From positions 2,766 to 66,765 of the forward strand of contig CAYHHI010000012.1 in NCBI GenBank assembly GCA_964356335.1: a stretch of DNA of 64,000 bases. The letters are read 5' to 3'. Each line of letters starts with the position of its first letter. Within the stretch, counting starts at the first letter, position 1. Under the pieces are notes generated by a model that saw nothing but the letters and a program-made list of their open reading frames with translations, did no database searches and was not told where the DNA came from. Of the stretch, positions 16,948 through 26,720 are shown piece by piece. The translations under genes and the position numbers were made by a program. The stretch comes from an uncultured bacterium. GTDB taxonomy: Bacteria; Arandabacterota; Arandabacteria; Arandabacterales; Arandabacteraceae.

Positions 16948-17877
16948 TCAAGCCAACTTATTGGAGGCTTCGACGTAAGCGTACGCTGACATTGCCGCGA
17001 TTGCGCCGTCTCCGACGGCAGTGGCAACCTGGCGAAGCGGCTTCTCCCGCACGTCGCCCGCGGCGAACACACCGGGGACTGAAGTCTCTAGCTTCTCATC
17101 GGTAACGACGAAACCTGCCTGGCTCCGCGTGAATTCGGGGCCGAGCATGGCTACGTTGGGGTCGTAGCCGACGTAGATAAAAACGCCATCAACCGGCACG
17201 GCCTCGACCTTTCCGGCCGCCTTATCTTCAACCTGTAAAGCCCTGACCTCGCCGTCGCCCTCGATGGCTCTTACCACTTTGCCAAGGGCGAGACCTATCT
17301 TGGGATTGGCTCGGACTTCGTCCCGGAGCACTGATGCCGCCCTGAACTCATTCCTTCTGTGAATGATTATCACTTTGCTCGCAAACTTAGCAAGAAACAG
17401 CGCCTCTTGAAGAGCCGAGTCACCACCGCCCACGACCGCGACCACCTTGCCTCGGTAGAGCGGCCCATCGCATGTCGCACAGTAAGAAACGCCTTTGCCC
17501 ATGAGTGGCTCCTCGCCCGGGACGTCAAGCCTTCTCGGAGTCGAGCCAGTGGCGACGATTGCCGATTTAGGCTCGAGCACGGTCTTCCCGCCGAGGGCGG
17601 CGAGGCGCTTACCGTCGCGCCAGAGTCTTTCAATGCGGGAACTGGCAAAGACCGCCCCAAAGCGTTTTGCCTGTTCGTGCATCTTGACACCGAGCTCCAT
17701 ACCGGGGATGCCCTCGGGAAAGCCCGGGTAGTTGTCGATAGCCGCCGTCACGCTGGCAAGTCCGCCAGGGTAGCCCTGCTCATAGACCACGGTTCGCATG
17801 CCTGCTCGTGCAGCATAGATGCCTGCTGTGAGGCCTGCTGGGCCCGCTCCAATGATAAGGACATCAGGCTCGTGCAT
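16948..17877 (-). CDS. trxB: thioredoxin-disulfide reductase
   Basis: GAGPAG FAD motif, redox-active CATCDG, and GGGDSA NADPH motif. 309 aa. Confidence 0.95.
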   Translation of the reverse strand: MHEPDVLIIGAGPAGLTAGIYAARAGMRTVVYEQGYPGGLASVTAAIDNYPGFPEGIPGMELGVKMHEQAKRFGAVFASSRIERLWRDGKRLAALGGKTVLEPKSAIVATGSTPRRLDVPGEEPLMGKGVSYCATCDGPLYRGKVVAVVGGGDSALQEALFLAKFASKVIIIHRRNEFRAASVLRDEVRANPKIGLALGKVVRAIEGDGEVRALQVEDKAAGKVEAVPVDGVFIYVGYDPNVAMLGPEFTRSQAGFVVTDEKLETSVPGVFAAGDVREKPLRQVATAVGDGAIAAMSAYAYVEASNKLA

Positions 17878-17883
17878 GTGGAT

Positions 17884-18390
17884 CTACCAGCCTTCGACGG
17901 TTCGCGAGACGATGTCGGCCGCAAGAGTGGCGATTGCCGCCTTGAGGGCCTCATCTTCTCCACTCACATCGGCGCTTTCCTTGTATGATTTCCAGGCGCG
18001 GAACTCGTCTTCCTTCCAGAGGACCTTGCCTTCCCGCAGATCCTCGAACTCGATGGAGACGACGATCTGGATCTTGAATTCATCCACTGTCTGAGCCCGG
18101 TCGAAAGTGAGGGGACCCTTCTCGTACTTGACGATCACGCCACGGAGCATGGCATCGGCTTCGCGTTCCGACACAACGGAGAGTCTCCCGTCATTGACGA
18201 AGGCATCGGTGACAGTGGTCGTAAGGATCTGCTCAATACCGTAACGTGTGGTTTCGTTCTCGAATGTGGGGATACAGACCTTCTTTATATGGGCAGGAAG
18301 AAGCGCGCGACCAGAATAGCCGCACGAGGAGGCAATGAGAAGGAGAATCAACAAAGCATATTTAAGTTGCCGCATCGCCTTCCCTGGCAC
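17884..18390 (-). CDS. lptE: LptE-like LPS-assembly lipoprotein
   Basis: Lipoprotein signal ...LLLIASSCGYSG, then LLPAHIKKVCIPTFENETTRYGIEQILTTTVTDAFV...LRGVIVKYEKGPL, typical of the LptE family. An alternative start at 18375 is possible. Confidence 0.65.
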   Translation of the reverse strand: MPGKAMRQLKYALLILLLIASSCGYSGRALLPAHIKKVCIPTFENETTRYGIEQILTTTVTDAFVNDGRLSVVSEREADAMLRGVIVKYEKGPLTFDRAQTVDEFKIQIVVSIEFEDLREGKVLWKEDEFRAWKSYKESADVSGEDEALKAAIATLAADIVSRTVEGW

Positions 18391-19783
18391 AGACCTCCAG
18401 ATCCAGGGTCTTCATCTTGTAGCGCAGCTTGTCCCGCTTGATCCCGAGCAATCTTGCTGCTTCACTCTGGTTGTAGCCGGCCTGCCTAAGCGCCTTATCT
18501 ATCAACTCCCTCTCAATATTGCAGATCATGCCATCAAAATCAATACCGTTTTCGGCGATGCGACTCGAGAGCGTCTCTTCGAGGGTCCGCATCATTTGAT
18601 TGCGGCTTCCCCCGGCCATTTCCCCAAAGGAGAGATGCTCGGCCTCTATCGTGTCTCCGTCAAAGAGAAGCACCGCTCGCTCGATCACGTTCTTGAGCTC
18701 CCTCACATTGCCCGGCCACGGGTACTCATGCATTGCCCTGAGGGCCTTGTCCGAGAAGCCCTTAAACTCCTTTGAGAATGCTATGTTGTACTGATTGAGA
18801 AAGTGTTTCGCAAGGAGTTCGATGTCCTCCCGCCTTTCCCGCAGAGGCGGGGCTCTTAGAGGCACCACCTTCAGCCGGTAGTACAGATCTTCTCTGAAGG
18901 TTCCTGCCTTCACGGACTGGACAAGATCCCTGTTGGTCGCCGAAATGATCCTCAGACTCACCTTTATGTCCTGGGTTCCACCGACGCGCTTGAAGGTCAT
19001 GCGCTCTATCACCCTGAGAAGTTTGACCTGGATAGTGAGGCTCATCTCTCCCACTTCATCGAGGAAGATCGTGCCTCTGTCGGCAAGCTCAAGAAGCCCG
19101 CGCTTCTGCACCTTGGCGTCGGTGAAGGCACCCTTCTCATGGCCGAAGAGCTCACTCTCGAGCAGTTGTTCAGGCAGCGAGCCGCAGTTTATTTCCATGA
19201 AGGGCTCGTCTTTCCGGGAGCTCAGCATGTGAATCATATTGGCAACGAGTTCCTTGCCCGTTCCACTCTCCCCTTCGACAAGAACCGTTGTAGTGTTGCT
19301 CTTGGCCAGGGTTTCGACCACTTTCATGAGATCCTGCATGACCTCGCTTCGGCCAACCACGAAGTCGAAATCAAAGCGGAGCAGACGCTGTTTCCTGAGA
19401 TGAGCGAGTTCGAGCCACAGCTTCTGCGATTCGAGCGCCCTGTTCAAGGTGAGTATCACGCGGTCAATGTCAACGGGCTTGGTGATGTAATCGAACGCAC
19501 CCGTCTTTATGGCCTTGACTGCCGATGAGATCTCGCCATAAGCGGTTATCATGATAACGGGAGTCTGCCTGTCGATCTGCTTGATTTTCTCAAGAAGCTC
19601 CATCCCGTTCATGCCCGGCAGCTTGAGATCCAGTATGGCGGCATCGGGATGGTCGGAGGACAGGAATTCCATCGCGTGCTCGCCTGAGGAGGCCTGAAAT
19701 ACCTCATGACCTTCATCCTCGAGGGCCTTCGAGAGAAAGTGTCTTATCGTTTCCTGATCGTCAACTACAAGCACTCTGGCCAT
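18362..19783 (-). CDS. sigma54-dependent response regulator (NtrC/Fis family)
   Basis: Receiver domain MARVLVVDDQ...D, AAA+ Walker A GESGTGKE, GAFTDA (GAFTGA-like), and a C-terminal Fis-type HTH. Start set at ATG 19783 because the upstream extension is Arg/Ser-rich. Confidence 0.9.
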   Translation of the reverse strand: MARVLVVDDQETIRHFLSKALEDEGHEVFQASSGEHAMEFLSSDHPDAAILDLKLPGMNGMELLEKIKQIDRQTPVIMITAYGEISSAVKAIKTGAFDYITKPVDIDRVILTLNRALESQKLWLELAHLRKQRLLRFDFDFVVGRSEVMQDLMKVVETLAKSNTTTVLVEGESGTGKELVANMIHMLSSRKDEPFMEINCGSLPEQLLESELFGHEKGAFTDAKVQKRGLLELADRGTIFLDEVGEMSLTIQVKLLRVIERMTFKRVGGTQDIKVSLRIISATNRDLVQSVKAGTFREDLYYRLKVVPLRAPPLRERREDIELLAKHFLNQYNIAFSKEFKGFSDKALRAMHEYPWPGNVRELKNVIERAVLLFDGDTIEAEHLSFGEMAGGSRNQMMRTLEETLSSRIAENGIDFDGMICNIERELIDKALRQAGYNQSEAARLLGIKRDKLRYKMKTLDLEVCAREGDAAT

Positions 19784-19796
19784 ATGCGCTTCCTCT

Positions 19797-21362
19797 TCAC
19801 TTGCCAGCCGGGAGTCCGACCGTGAAGCTCGCTCCCCCTTCAAGCGGTGACTCGACGCGGATCTTACCTCCGTGCTCCTCAACTATGGCCTGGCTTATGC
19901 ACAACCCCAGGCCTGTGCCTCCCTTCTTTGTGCTGTAGAAGGGTTCAAAGATCCTGGTCTTATCGCGATCGGAGACGCCTGGTCCGCTATCCTTGATATT
20001 CACCGAGATGTGTCCATCGGCGAGGTGCGTCGATATGTCAATCTTGCCATTCTCGGGGCTGGCCTCAATCGCATTCTTGATGATATTGATAAGGACCTGC
20101 TGGAGCCTCTCAGGATCAGCATCGAACGCCGGGATATCTTGCTGGAGTTTCTGCTCGACGCGAAGCCTCTTTCTCACGATGTCTTCGCTCACGCAGAAGA
20201 GGCTTTTTGTTATGACCTCATTTATCGAGGTCTTCCGGAGAACCAGCTGTGGCGGTCTGGCTATCTTGTAGAGATCGTCCACGATCCTGTTGAGTCTTGC
20301 AATCTCAGCGAGTATGAAGTCCACAGTATCAGCCTCGGTAATCCCGGGTTGCAGGCGCTTGGCCAGGTACTGGACGCCTGCGGCGATACCCGTGAGAGGA
20401 TTCTTTATCTCATGAGCTATGCTTGACGTGAACCTGCCCAGGAGCTTAAGCCATTCCTTGCGAAAATCACCCTCTTGCGCCCCGCCATGGCCTTTCAAGA
20501 TCAAGAGATAGGACGGCCCGGCCTCCGATGTCGTCAGAGGATAGGCGATCGCCCTCAACCCATCGGGTTCGCAAGAAGTCAGTTCCAGCGGTGCACCGGC
20601 TGTCTCCAGGCTGCCCTCAAGCGCAAGAATCTTTCGTTGGATATCGGACAGGCTCTCCGGGCTTGCCACCCTTAAGTCCTCTCTGGTTCTGTGCGTCAGG
20701 TTCCCTTTGCTGTCAGCGATGCAGAGTGAATAGCCCTCATCGCCAAGGAATTGGCTCAACAACTTGAGGATTTCTTGGTCGCGTGCTGCATCAGGTGGTG
20801 CCTCGGCATGGCTGAGAAGGCTCGCCGCGAGGCAGGCCTTGAGTTCGAGCACGTGGTCAGCCTCGTGTTTTGTGGTATCGGCCGCAAGGACGAAGGTTAC
20901 GTTGCCCTGTATGGCATGAGACAACTCAGGCGAGCTCATCGGGCGCGGCAAGGCCGCTGTCGGCATGAAGAAGAACGAGACCGCCGAATCCATTGGGATG
21001 ACGTCGCACCAGTTGCCGTCACTTGGGAAGACCTCGCCCGTGGCAAAGATCTTTGCCCGCCCCCCCTGGGCCGTTCCCTTGATTATGAGTTTCGAGAGCG
21101 TGCCGCCTTCTCCCATCAAGGGCATTGTGAGATTGGACGTGACGCCGCACCTGCCGGCCACAGTTATCTCGGCAGATTTGCCGCCGCTCGCGACCTCGAT
21201 AAATGCCAGCAATTCGAGGTGCAGGTATGCGGCAAGCCAGACAGGGTATGAATCGTCATCCTGCTCTCGACGTGGTTCCACATCCAGCAGGAGCGCTGAG
21301 GCCCCATCCGGATTCCGTCTTCGGTTCTCGAAGGATCTTATGAAACCCTTGATGCCGGGCAT
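19797..21362 (-). CDS. sensor histidine kinase with an uncharacterised ~290-aa cytoplasmic N-terminal region
   Basis: H-box SIAHEIKNPLTGI, N-box NIIKNAIEA, and G-boxes DSGPGV / GGTGLGL. No TM segments are visible. Confidence 0.85.
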   Translation of the reverse strand: MPGIKGFIRSFENRRRNPDGASALLLDVEPRREQDDDSYPVWLAAYLHLELLAFIEVASGGKSAEITVAGRCGVTSNLTMPLMGEGGTLSKLIIKGTAQGGRAKIFATGEVFPSDGNWCDVIPMDSAVSFFFMPTAALPRPMSSPELSHAIQGNVTFVLAADTTKHEADHVLELKACLAASLLSHAEAPPDAARDQEILKLLSQFLGDEGYSLCIADSKGNLTHRTREDLRVASPESLSDIQRKILALEGSLETAGAPLELTSCEPDGLRAIAYPLTTSEAGPSYLLILKGHGGAQEGDFRKEWLKLLGRFTSSIAHEIKNPLTGIAAGVQYLAKRLQPGITEADTVDFILAEIARLNRIVDDLYKIARPPQLVLRKTSINEVITKSLFCVSEDIVRKRLRVEQKLQQDIPAFDADPERLQQVLINIIKNAIEASPENGKIDISTHLADGHISVNIKDSGPGVSDRDKTRIFEPFYSTKKGGTGLGLCISQAIVEEHGGKIRVESPLEGGASFTVGLPAGK

Positions 21363-21459
21363 TGGGCGTACATTACCTCCTCAGGGCGTCGCCAAAGGAT
21401 GCATCGAGCCTCCATATACTTCGGCTCGAAAAGGGAATGGCTTTAGGGGGCTAATGTCT

Positions 21460-22401
21460 TCATTGAGCGGGGGTTTGGCGGAACCACTCGACGGTGGCCT
21501 TCAGGCCCTCGTCGAAGGTCACCTTGGGCCTATACCCTAGGAGTTGGGTGGCCAGGTTTATATCTCCCTGCGAATGCTCTACGTCTCCGGCTCTACGAGG
21601 AGCATAGGTTGCACCTACGTTGGACCGGGTGAGAACTTGCAGCCTGCTGACGAGCTCATTGAGCGTATATCTGGCGCCGCAGGCTACGTTTATCACCCGT
21701 CCGGCAGCGAGAGACGAAACGGCAGCCAGCAGGTTGGCCTGGACCGCGTTTTCTATGTAGGTGAAGTCCCTCGACTGCTCGCCATCGCCGTAGATCACAG
21801 GGCTGTCGCCCTTCAAGAGTTTGGTGATAAAAAACGGGATCACCGCAGCATAGAGCGAGTTAGGATCCTGGTGAGGACCGAATATGTTGAAATACCTGAG
21901 ACTCACCGTCGGAAGTCCATAGATCTCGTAGAAGACACGTGCGTAAAACTCTCCGGTGAGCTTCGAGATGGCATAAGGCGATAGCGGCTCGGGCTTCATG
22001 TCCTCATGCTTGGGCAGCGAGAGGTTATTACCATACGCCGATGACGATGCCGCGAAAACAAGCCTCTTCACTTTGGCTTCGCTTGCGGCCATGAGGATGT
22101 TCAAGGTGCCGTCAACATTGACAGCATTGGTTGTGACAGGATCATCGACCGATCTCACGACGGAGACAACAGCCGCGTGATGGAAGACATAATCGACCTT
22201 GCGACTGGCCTTCTTCACAGCAGTGATGTCACAGACACTGCCCTCGATGATTTCTATGTCATCCTTGATATCTGCGAGATTCGCGTGTTTGCCAGTGGAG
22301 AAATCATCGAGCACGACTACATCTTCGCCGAGAGTCACGAGCTTCCTTGCAAGGTTTGAACCTATGAAGCCGGCTCCTCCAGTTATGAGATTTCTCGTCA
22401 T
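21460..22401 (-). CDS. NAD-dependent nucleotide-sugar 4-epimerase (WbpP/TviC-like SDR)
   Basis: GGAGFIGSNL Rossmann motif and YAISK catalytic motif. Adjacent to a UDP-sugar dehydrogenase. Confidence 0.9.
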   Translation of the reverse strand: MTRNLITGGAGFIGSNLARKLVTLGEDVVVLDDFSTGKHANLADIKDDIEIIEGSVCDITAVKKASRKVDYVFHHAAVVSVVRSVDDPVTTNAVNVDGTLNILMAASEAKVKRLVFAASSSAYGNNLSLPKHEDMKPEPLSPYAISKLTGEFYARVFYEIYGLPTVSLRYFNIFGPHQDPNSLYAAVIPFFITKLLKGDSPVIYGDGEQSRDFTYIENAVQANLLAAVSSLAAGRVINVACGARYTLNELVSRLQVLTRSNVGATYAPRRAGDVEHSQGDINLATQLLGYRPKVTFDEGLKATVEWFRQTPAQ

Positions 22402-22441
22402 CTTCTGCCTCAGATCCTTCCTGTCTCAGATCCTGCAAGTG

Positions 22442-23767
22442 TCAGATCTTTCGTATGTTCCGTGCCTTGAAATTCCGAAGGGCATTGCGTGTGTCCACGA
22501 TCACGCGTGAGCCTCTTATGATCATACCATAATTGAATGCCGCGTGATCTGCAACGATCACCGCACAGTCGAATGATTTGAGCGTTGCCGGCGACAGCCC
22601 GATGCTGCGCATCAGCCTGCCGTCGACCTTGATCTCGTCCACGTGTGGATCTGAATACGATACCTCGCCACCCCTGACAACCAGCTCCCGCATTATGTCG
22701 ATGGCCGGTGACTCGCGCGTGTCACTCACGTTGGCCTTGTACGCGACACCCAGGACGAGGATCTTAGCGCCGTTTATGCTCTTACGGAATTCGTTCAGGG
22801 CATCGTTCACCTTCGACACCACATAGTCGGGCATGCTCGAATTGATCTGTCCGGCAAGCTCTATGAAGCGCGGCTCAAACCCGGCCATCTTGGCTTTCCA
22901 CGAGAGATAGAAGGGATCGATGGGAATACAATGCCCGCCGAGGCCCGGCCCGGGAAGGAATTTGAGAAAACCGAAGGGCTTGGTCGCAGCTGCCTCTATC
23001 ACCTCCCAAACGTCGATTCCCATACGGTCGCACATGAGGCACATCTCGTTAACGAGGCCGATATTGACACTCCTGAAGGTGTTTTCGAGTAACTTGACCA
23101 TCTCAGCGACCGTCGTTGATGAGACCGGCACCACGTTTTCTATGCAGGTCCTATAGAGCTCGCAGGCAACCATGGCGCAGTTCTTGGTGATCCCTCCCAC
23201 CACCTTGGGGATGTTAGCGGTTGCATAGGCCTTGTTGCCCGGATCCACCCTCTCGGGGGAGAATGCGAGAAAGAAATCCCTGCCGACCGTGAGCCCTCGG
23301 CCTTGGAGCCGCGTGAGGATCACCTCCTCGGTAGTGCCGGGATAGGTCGTGCTCTCAAGGATTACCAGCTGGCCTTTACGCAAGTACTTGGCGATCTGCT
23401 CGACCGCATCGATTATGTACGAGATATCAGGATCCTTGGTCTTGCGAAGAGGCGTGGGAACACAGATATCAATAGCGTCCGAATGGCGGAGCACGCTGTA
23501 GTCGGATGTAGCAGTAAGTCTGCCGCGGCTCACGACACCTGCGAGATCACTGTCGCTTACATCCTGGACATAGGACTTGCCCCGGTTGACCATCTTGACC
23601 TTGCTCGCGACAACGTCAATCCCATGGACCCTGAGTCCGACCTTCGCCATCTCGACTGCCAGGGGAAGCCCGACATAGCCCAAACCTATCACAGATAGGG
23701 TCGCCGTCCGTTCCTTGATCTTGTCTCTCAGCGCGGCGAATACGCTGCTCTCTTTCCGCTTATCCAT
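22442..23767 (-). CDS. nucleotide-sugar (UDP-N-acetyl-hexosamine) 6-dehydrogenase (WbpO/TviB/WecC-like)
   Basis: N-terminal VIGLGYVGLP and catalytic Cys region GLGGHCIPIDP. 441 aa. Confidence 0.9.
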   Translation of the reverse strand: MDKRKESSVFAALRDKIKERTATLSVIGLGYVGLPLAVEMAKVGLRVHGIDVVASKVKMVNRGKSYVQDVSDSDLAGVVSRGRLTATSDYSVLRHSDAIDICVPTPLRKTKDPDISYIIDAVEQIAKYLRKGQLVILESTTYPGTTEEVILTRLQGRGLTVGRDFFLAFSPERVDPGNKAYATANIPKVVGGITKNCAMVACELYRTCIENVVPVSSTTVAEMVKLLENTFRSVNIGLVNEMCLMCDRMGIDVWEVIEAAATKPFGFLKFLPGPGLGGHCIPIDPFYLSWKAKMAGFEPRFIELAGQINSSMPDYVVSKVNDALNEFRKSINGAKILVLGVAYKANVSDTRESPAIDIMRELVVRGGEVSYSDPHVDEIKVDGRLMRSIGLSPATLKSFDCAVIVADHAAFNYGMIIRGSRVIVDTRNALRNFKARNIRKI

Positions 23768-24777
23768 ACCTTGTTCCTTCCATGTTTTTTGGCCCGATAC
23801 AGTGCCTTATCGGCGCTCGCGATCAAGTCCTGGACTGTTATGCCATCATCGGGATAGGATGCAATCCCAAAACTCGCCGTAATCTTGCCCGTCACTTCCT
23901 CTCCCGAAAACTTATGCTTCTCTATTGCATCCCTCACGCGTTCGGCGACGGTGGCCGCTCCCGGTTTAGGCGTTCGCGGCAACACCGCGACAAACTCATC
24001 ACCGCCATACTTACAGAGCATGTCGATTGCTCTTATCTTGCTTGAGGAGACGCGCGCCACCTGCTTTATTACCTCGCTTCCCCCGAGATGTCCGTGGACG
24101 TCGTTGTATTCTTTGAGGCCGTCCACGTCGACCATTATTATTGAGAATCTCTCCTGGAATCTCTCTGCTATCCCGATCTCCTTCTTCAGGGCATCGATCA
24201 GAAAACGATAGTTGTACGCTCCGGTGAGGCCATCTGTTATGGAGAGCGTCTGGGTCTTCTCGAATTCCCTGGCATTCTTGACTGCGGCCGCTGCCTGGCG
24301 GGCCAGAAGTTCAAAGAGGTCAAGATCTTCTGATCTAGGTGTGACGCTCCCGGGAATCATGACACCAATTGCACCAACTCTGGCCCTTCGGTATCTGAGA
24401 CTCGCCCCGACCACCGTACCGGTCCTGGGGCTCTCATCGAGGCCGAACAGGGCCTGGAGGTCCTTTGGGGAATCGGTCACTTTGAGAACGGTGACCTTGC
24501 TCCGCGTATAGATCTCGGCGCCAAGACCGCTCAAAGAGATCCTCTCTTCCCTGACCGGCCGCCGTGCAAGTTTGGTTTGACGATCGAACGAGACTCGTGT
24601 GAACAGGCCTCCATCCTCAAGGATCGCAAAAGCTCTCTTGCCACCGAGAATCTCGCAAGTGCAAGATAGTATGGGTGTTACTATCCTCGACATTGAGGCC
24701 CCCGTGGTCACGAGCCCCGTTACCTCGATGAAGGTCGAGAAGACGAGATCAAGCCTATTCGACAGCGGTTTCCTCAT
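23728..24777 (-). CDS. diguanylate cyclase with GAF-like N-terminal sensor domain
   Basis: GGDEF motif in KYGGDEFVAVL, DGLTGAYNYRF upstream, and the RxxD-like region. 349 aa. Confidence 0.85.
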   Translation of the reverse strand: MRKPLSNRLDLVFSTFIEVTGLVTTGASMSRIVTPILSCTCEILGGKRAFAILEDGGLFTRVSFDRQTKLARRPVREERISLSGLGAEIYTRSKVTVLKVTDSPKDLQALFGLDESPRTGTVVGASLRYRRARVGAIGVMIPGSVTPRSEDLDLFELLARQAAAAVKNAREFEKTQTLSITDGLTGAYNYRFLIDALKKEIGIAERFQERFSIIMVDVDGLKEYNDVHGHLGGSEVIKQVARVSSSKIRAIDMLCKYGGDEFVAVLPRTPKPGAATVAERVRDAIEKHKFSGEEVTGKITASFGIASYPDDGITVQDLIASADKALYRAKKHGRNKVWISGKRAAYSPR

Positions 24778-24946
24778 GGTCTCCTAAATCTATCTCCTGA
24801 AAACAGACGACAGTACCCCTGGGCCGAACATGCAAACCAATATGCTACTCCCTTAGTAATTATCGGAAAATAACGGCTTCCCTTGAAGGAAATGCCTCCC
24901 CGGGTCTCAAGCAGTTGTCTCCGTTGCAGTCGGTCGCTATTAAGAC

Positions 24947-25024
24947 TGGCGCCCCCGGCAAGACTCGAACTTGCGGCACGCGGTTTAGGAAACCGCTGCT
25001 CTATCCATACTGAGCTACGGGGGC
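24947..25024 (-). tRNA. tRNA-Arg (anticodon CCT)
   Basis: The reverse complement GCCCCCGTAGCTCAGTATGGATAGAGCAGCGGTTTCCTAAACCGCGTGCCGCAAGTTCGAGTCTTGCCGGGGGCGCCA folds as a cloverleaf. Anticodon loop TTCCTAA; CCA encoded. Confidence 0.9.
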
Positions 25025-25030
25025 ACCTCT

Positions 25031-25552
25031 CTATTCATAACTTATGACAGAAAATACATCGTATTTGTCAAGCAGATTTCTCCCTTTAAGGTCGCGCAAC
25101 TCTATGAGAAAAGCGCACCCTATGATCTTTGCCCCCAGCCTCTCCAGCAGGCCAGCTGCGGCCCTTGCAGTTCCTCCCGTGGCCAAAAGATCATCGACCA
25201 GCAGCACTCGGTCGCCTTCCAGGACTGCATCTTTATGAATCTCTATCACGTCAGTCCCGTACTCCAGCTCATAGGTCTGCGATACCGTCTCGGATGGAAG
25301 TTTCCCGGGCTTACGGATGGGCACAACTCCGCAGTCCAGTTCATATGCAAGCGCGCCGCCCAGGATGAATCCCCTGGCTTCGACGCACACGATTTTGTCA
25401 ATCTTGACTTGCCTGTAGTTGGCCGCCAGGCTCTCTATGGCCAGCCTAAAGCCGTTCCTGTCTCTAAGGAGCGTTGTTATATCCCGAAACAAGATACCCT
25501 TCTTCGGAAAATCAGGGATATTTCTTACGAGGTCTCTGAGATCAGGCTGCAA
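25031..25552 (-). CDS. apt: adenine phosphoribosyltransferase
   Basis: PRPP-binding VLLVDDLLATGGTA, N-terminal IPDFPKKGILFRDIT. 173 aa. Confidence 0.95.
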   Translation of the reverse strand: MQPDLRDLVRNIPDFPKKGILFRDITTLLRDRNGFRLAIESLAANYRQVKIDKIVCVEARGFILGGALAYELDCGVVPIRKPGKLPSETVSQTYELEYGTDVIEIHKDAVLEGDRVLLVDDLLATGGTARAAAGLLERLGAKIIGCAFLIELRDLKGRNLLDKYDVFSVISYE

Positions 25553-25579
25553 GCCATCTCCTCCTTTCGCAATAATGTA

Positions 25580-25861
25580 TCAGAAGGCATAGTCGAAGTC
25601 CTGGAAGCCTCCTGTCGGCTCCTCCCACTCCACATCGATTCGGTCAACAGACCCGTATCTGGGGCCCTCTCTCAAGTCGTCGATCAGGGCGTTGATTGCG
25701 GCCCTGTCACCTTCGGCCACAACCTCCACGCCTCCATCGGCCCGGTTCCTGACATATCCGCCGACGCCAAGTGCCTCTGCCGTCTGCCTCACAAAATACC
25801 TATAACCCACTCCCTGCACAACACCCCAGATCTTTAGGTTCACTCTCACAAGATCCGCCAT
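25580..25861 (-). CDS. acyP: acylphosphatase
   Basis: VQGVGYRYFV...GYVRNRADGGVEVVAEG signature. Start set at MADLVRV (ATG 25861), giving the usual ~93 aa. Confidence 0.85.
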   Translation of the reverse strand: MADLVRVNLKIWGVVQGVGYRYFVRQTAEALGVGGYVRNRADGGVEVVAEGDRAAINALIDDLREGPRYGSVDRIDVEWEEPTGGFQDFDYAF

Positions 25862-26066
25862 GGTTCCGCGTATGCGGCCAGGTGCCCCGACGGACCCGGC
25901 CTCACGTGCACTCACCTTCCCACAGGGCCTTCTCCACAGCATCTTCGGGATTGCACGCCCGAATGATGCCGGGCTCACACTTGTCGACGTGGCGCTTCCT
26001 GACGAGGGCCAAGATCCCTTGAAGAGATCAGGTTTCCATTATAGGCCCACCTCGCCGGGTTACAAC

Positions 26067-26720
26067 TCAAAAATCCTGCCTCGAGACAGTTACGAAAAAG
26101 TCGCGTTCGATCTTCTCGATTTCCACCCGGGCAGGCCTGACGTCCCGAAACAAATCCTCCAATTGCCCGCGCGTATACATATAGAGGTTGCATCTTCGCT
26201 TATACCGCAGCTTGCGTTGCCAGGAGAGGATCCCTCCCTCTGCGGGGAAGCTGAAGAAGGCTTTGGATGCTGTGATTGATACGATCTTTGCCATGACCGT
26301 GCCGGGATCCCCAATGTAATCCATGAAGCCCATGACGAGGGCGTAGTCGAACCGCTGGTCGATGGGACGTGTCATGAAATCCTCGCAGATGAACTCACAG
26401 GCGTCTCCAACCCCGGAGGCCTCGGCGTTCTGTCTGGCCAGTTCTATCATGGCCGGGGCGAAGTCTATCCCCACGACGTGCCTGGCACCCTTCCTAGCCA
26501 GGGCGATCCCGTAATGCCCGGGCCCACAGCCGACGTCTATTACAGATCTGCCTGCGATGGGTTCGCAGCCTGCGAGGGTCCTTGTGTACCTCAGCATCAT
26601 GCTCTTTCTGAAATGCCTGTTTATGAAGCCATTAAGTAGACTGTTCTTGTTCCCGTAGATCGCGCTGAAATCAGCCGCGTGGGAATCAAAGAATTCGGAT
26701 GTTCGCCGTTCTCGTGTCAT
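26067..26720 (-). CDS. class I SAM-dependent methyltransferase
   Basis: VIDVGCGPGHYG motif I. 4-nt overlap with the upstream deacetylase gene. Confidence 0.8.
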   Translation of the reverse strand: MTRERRTSEFFDSHAADFSAIYGNKNSLLNGFINRHFRKSMMLRYTRTLAGCEPIAGRSVIDVGCGPGHYGIALARKGARHVVGIDFAPAMIELARQNAEASGVGDACEFICEDFMTRPIDQRFDYALVMGFMDYIGDPGTVMAKIVSITASKAFFSFPAEGGILSWQRKLRYKRRCNLYMYTRGQLEDLFRDVRPARVEIEKIERDFFVTVSRQDF

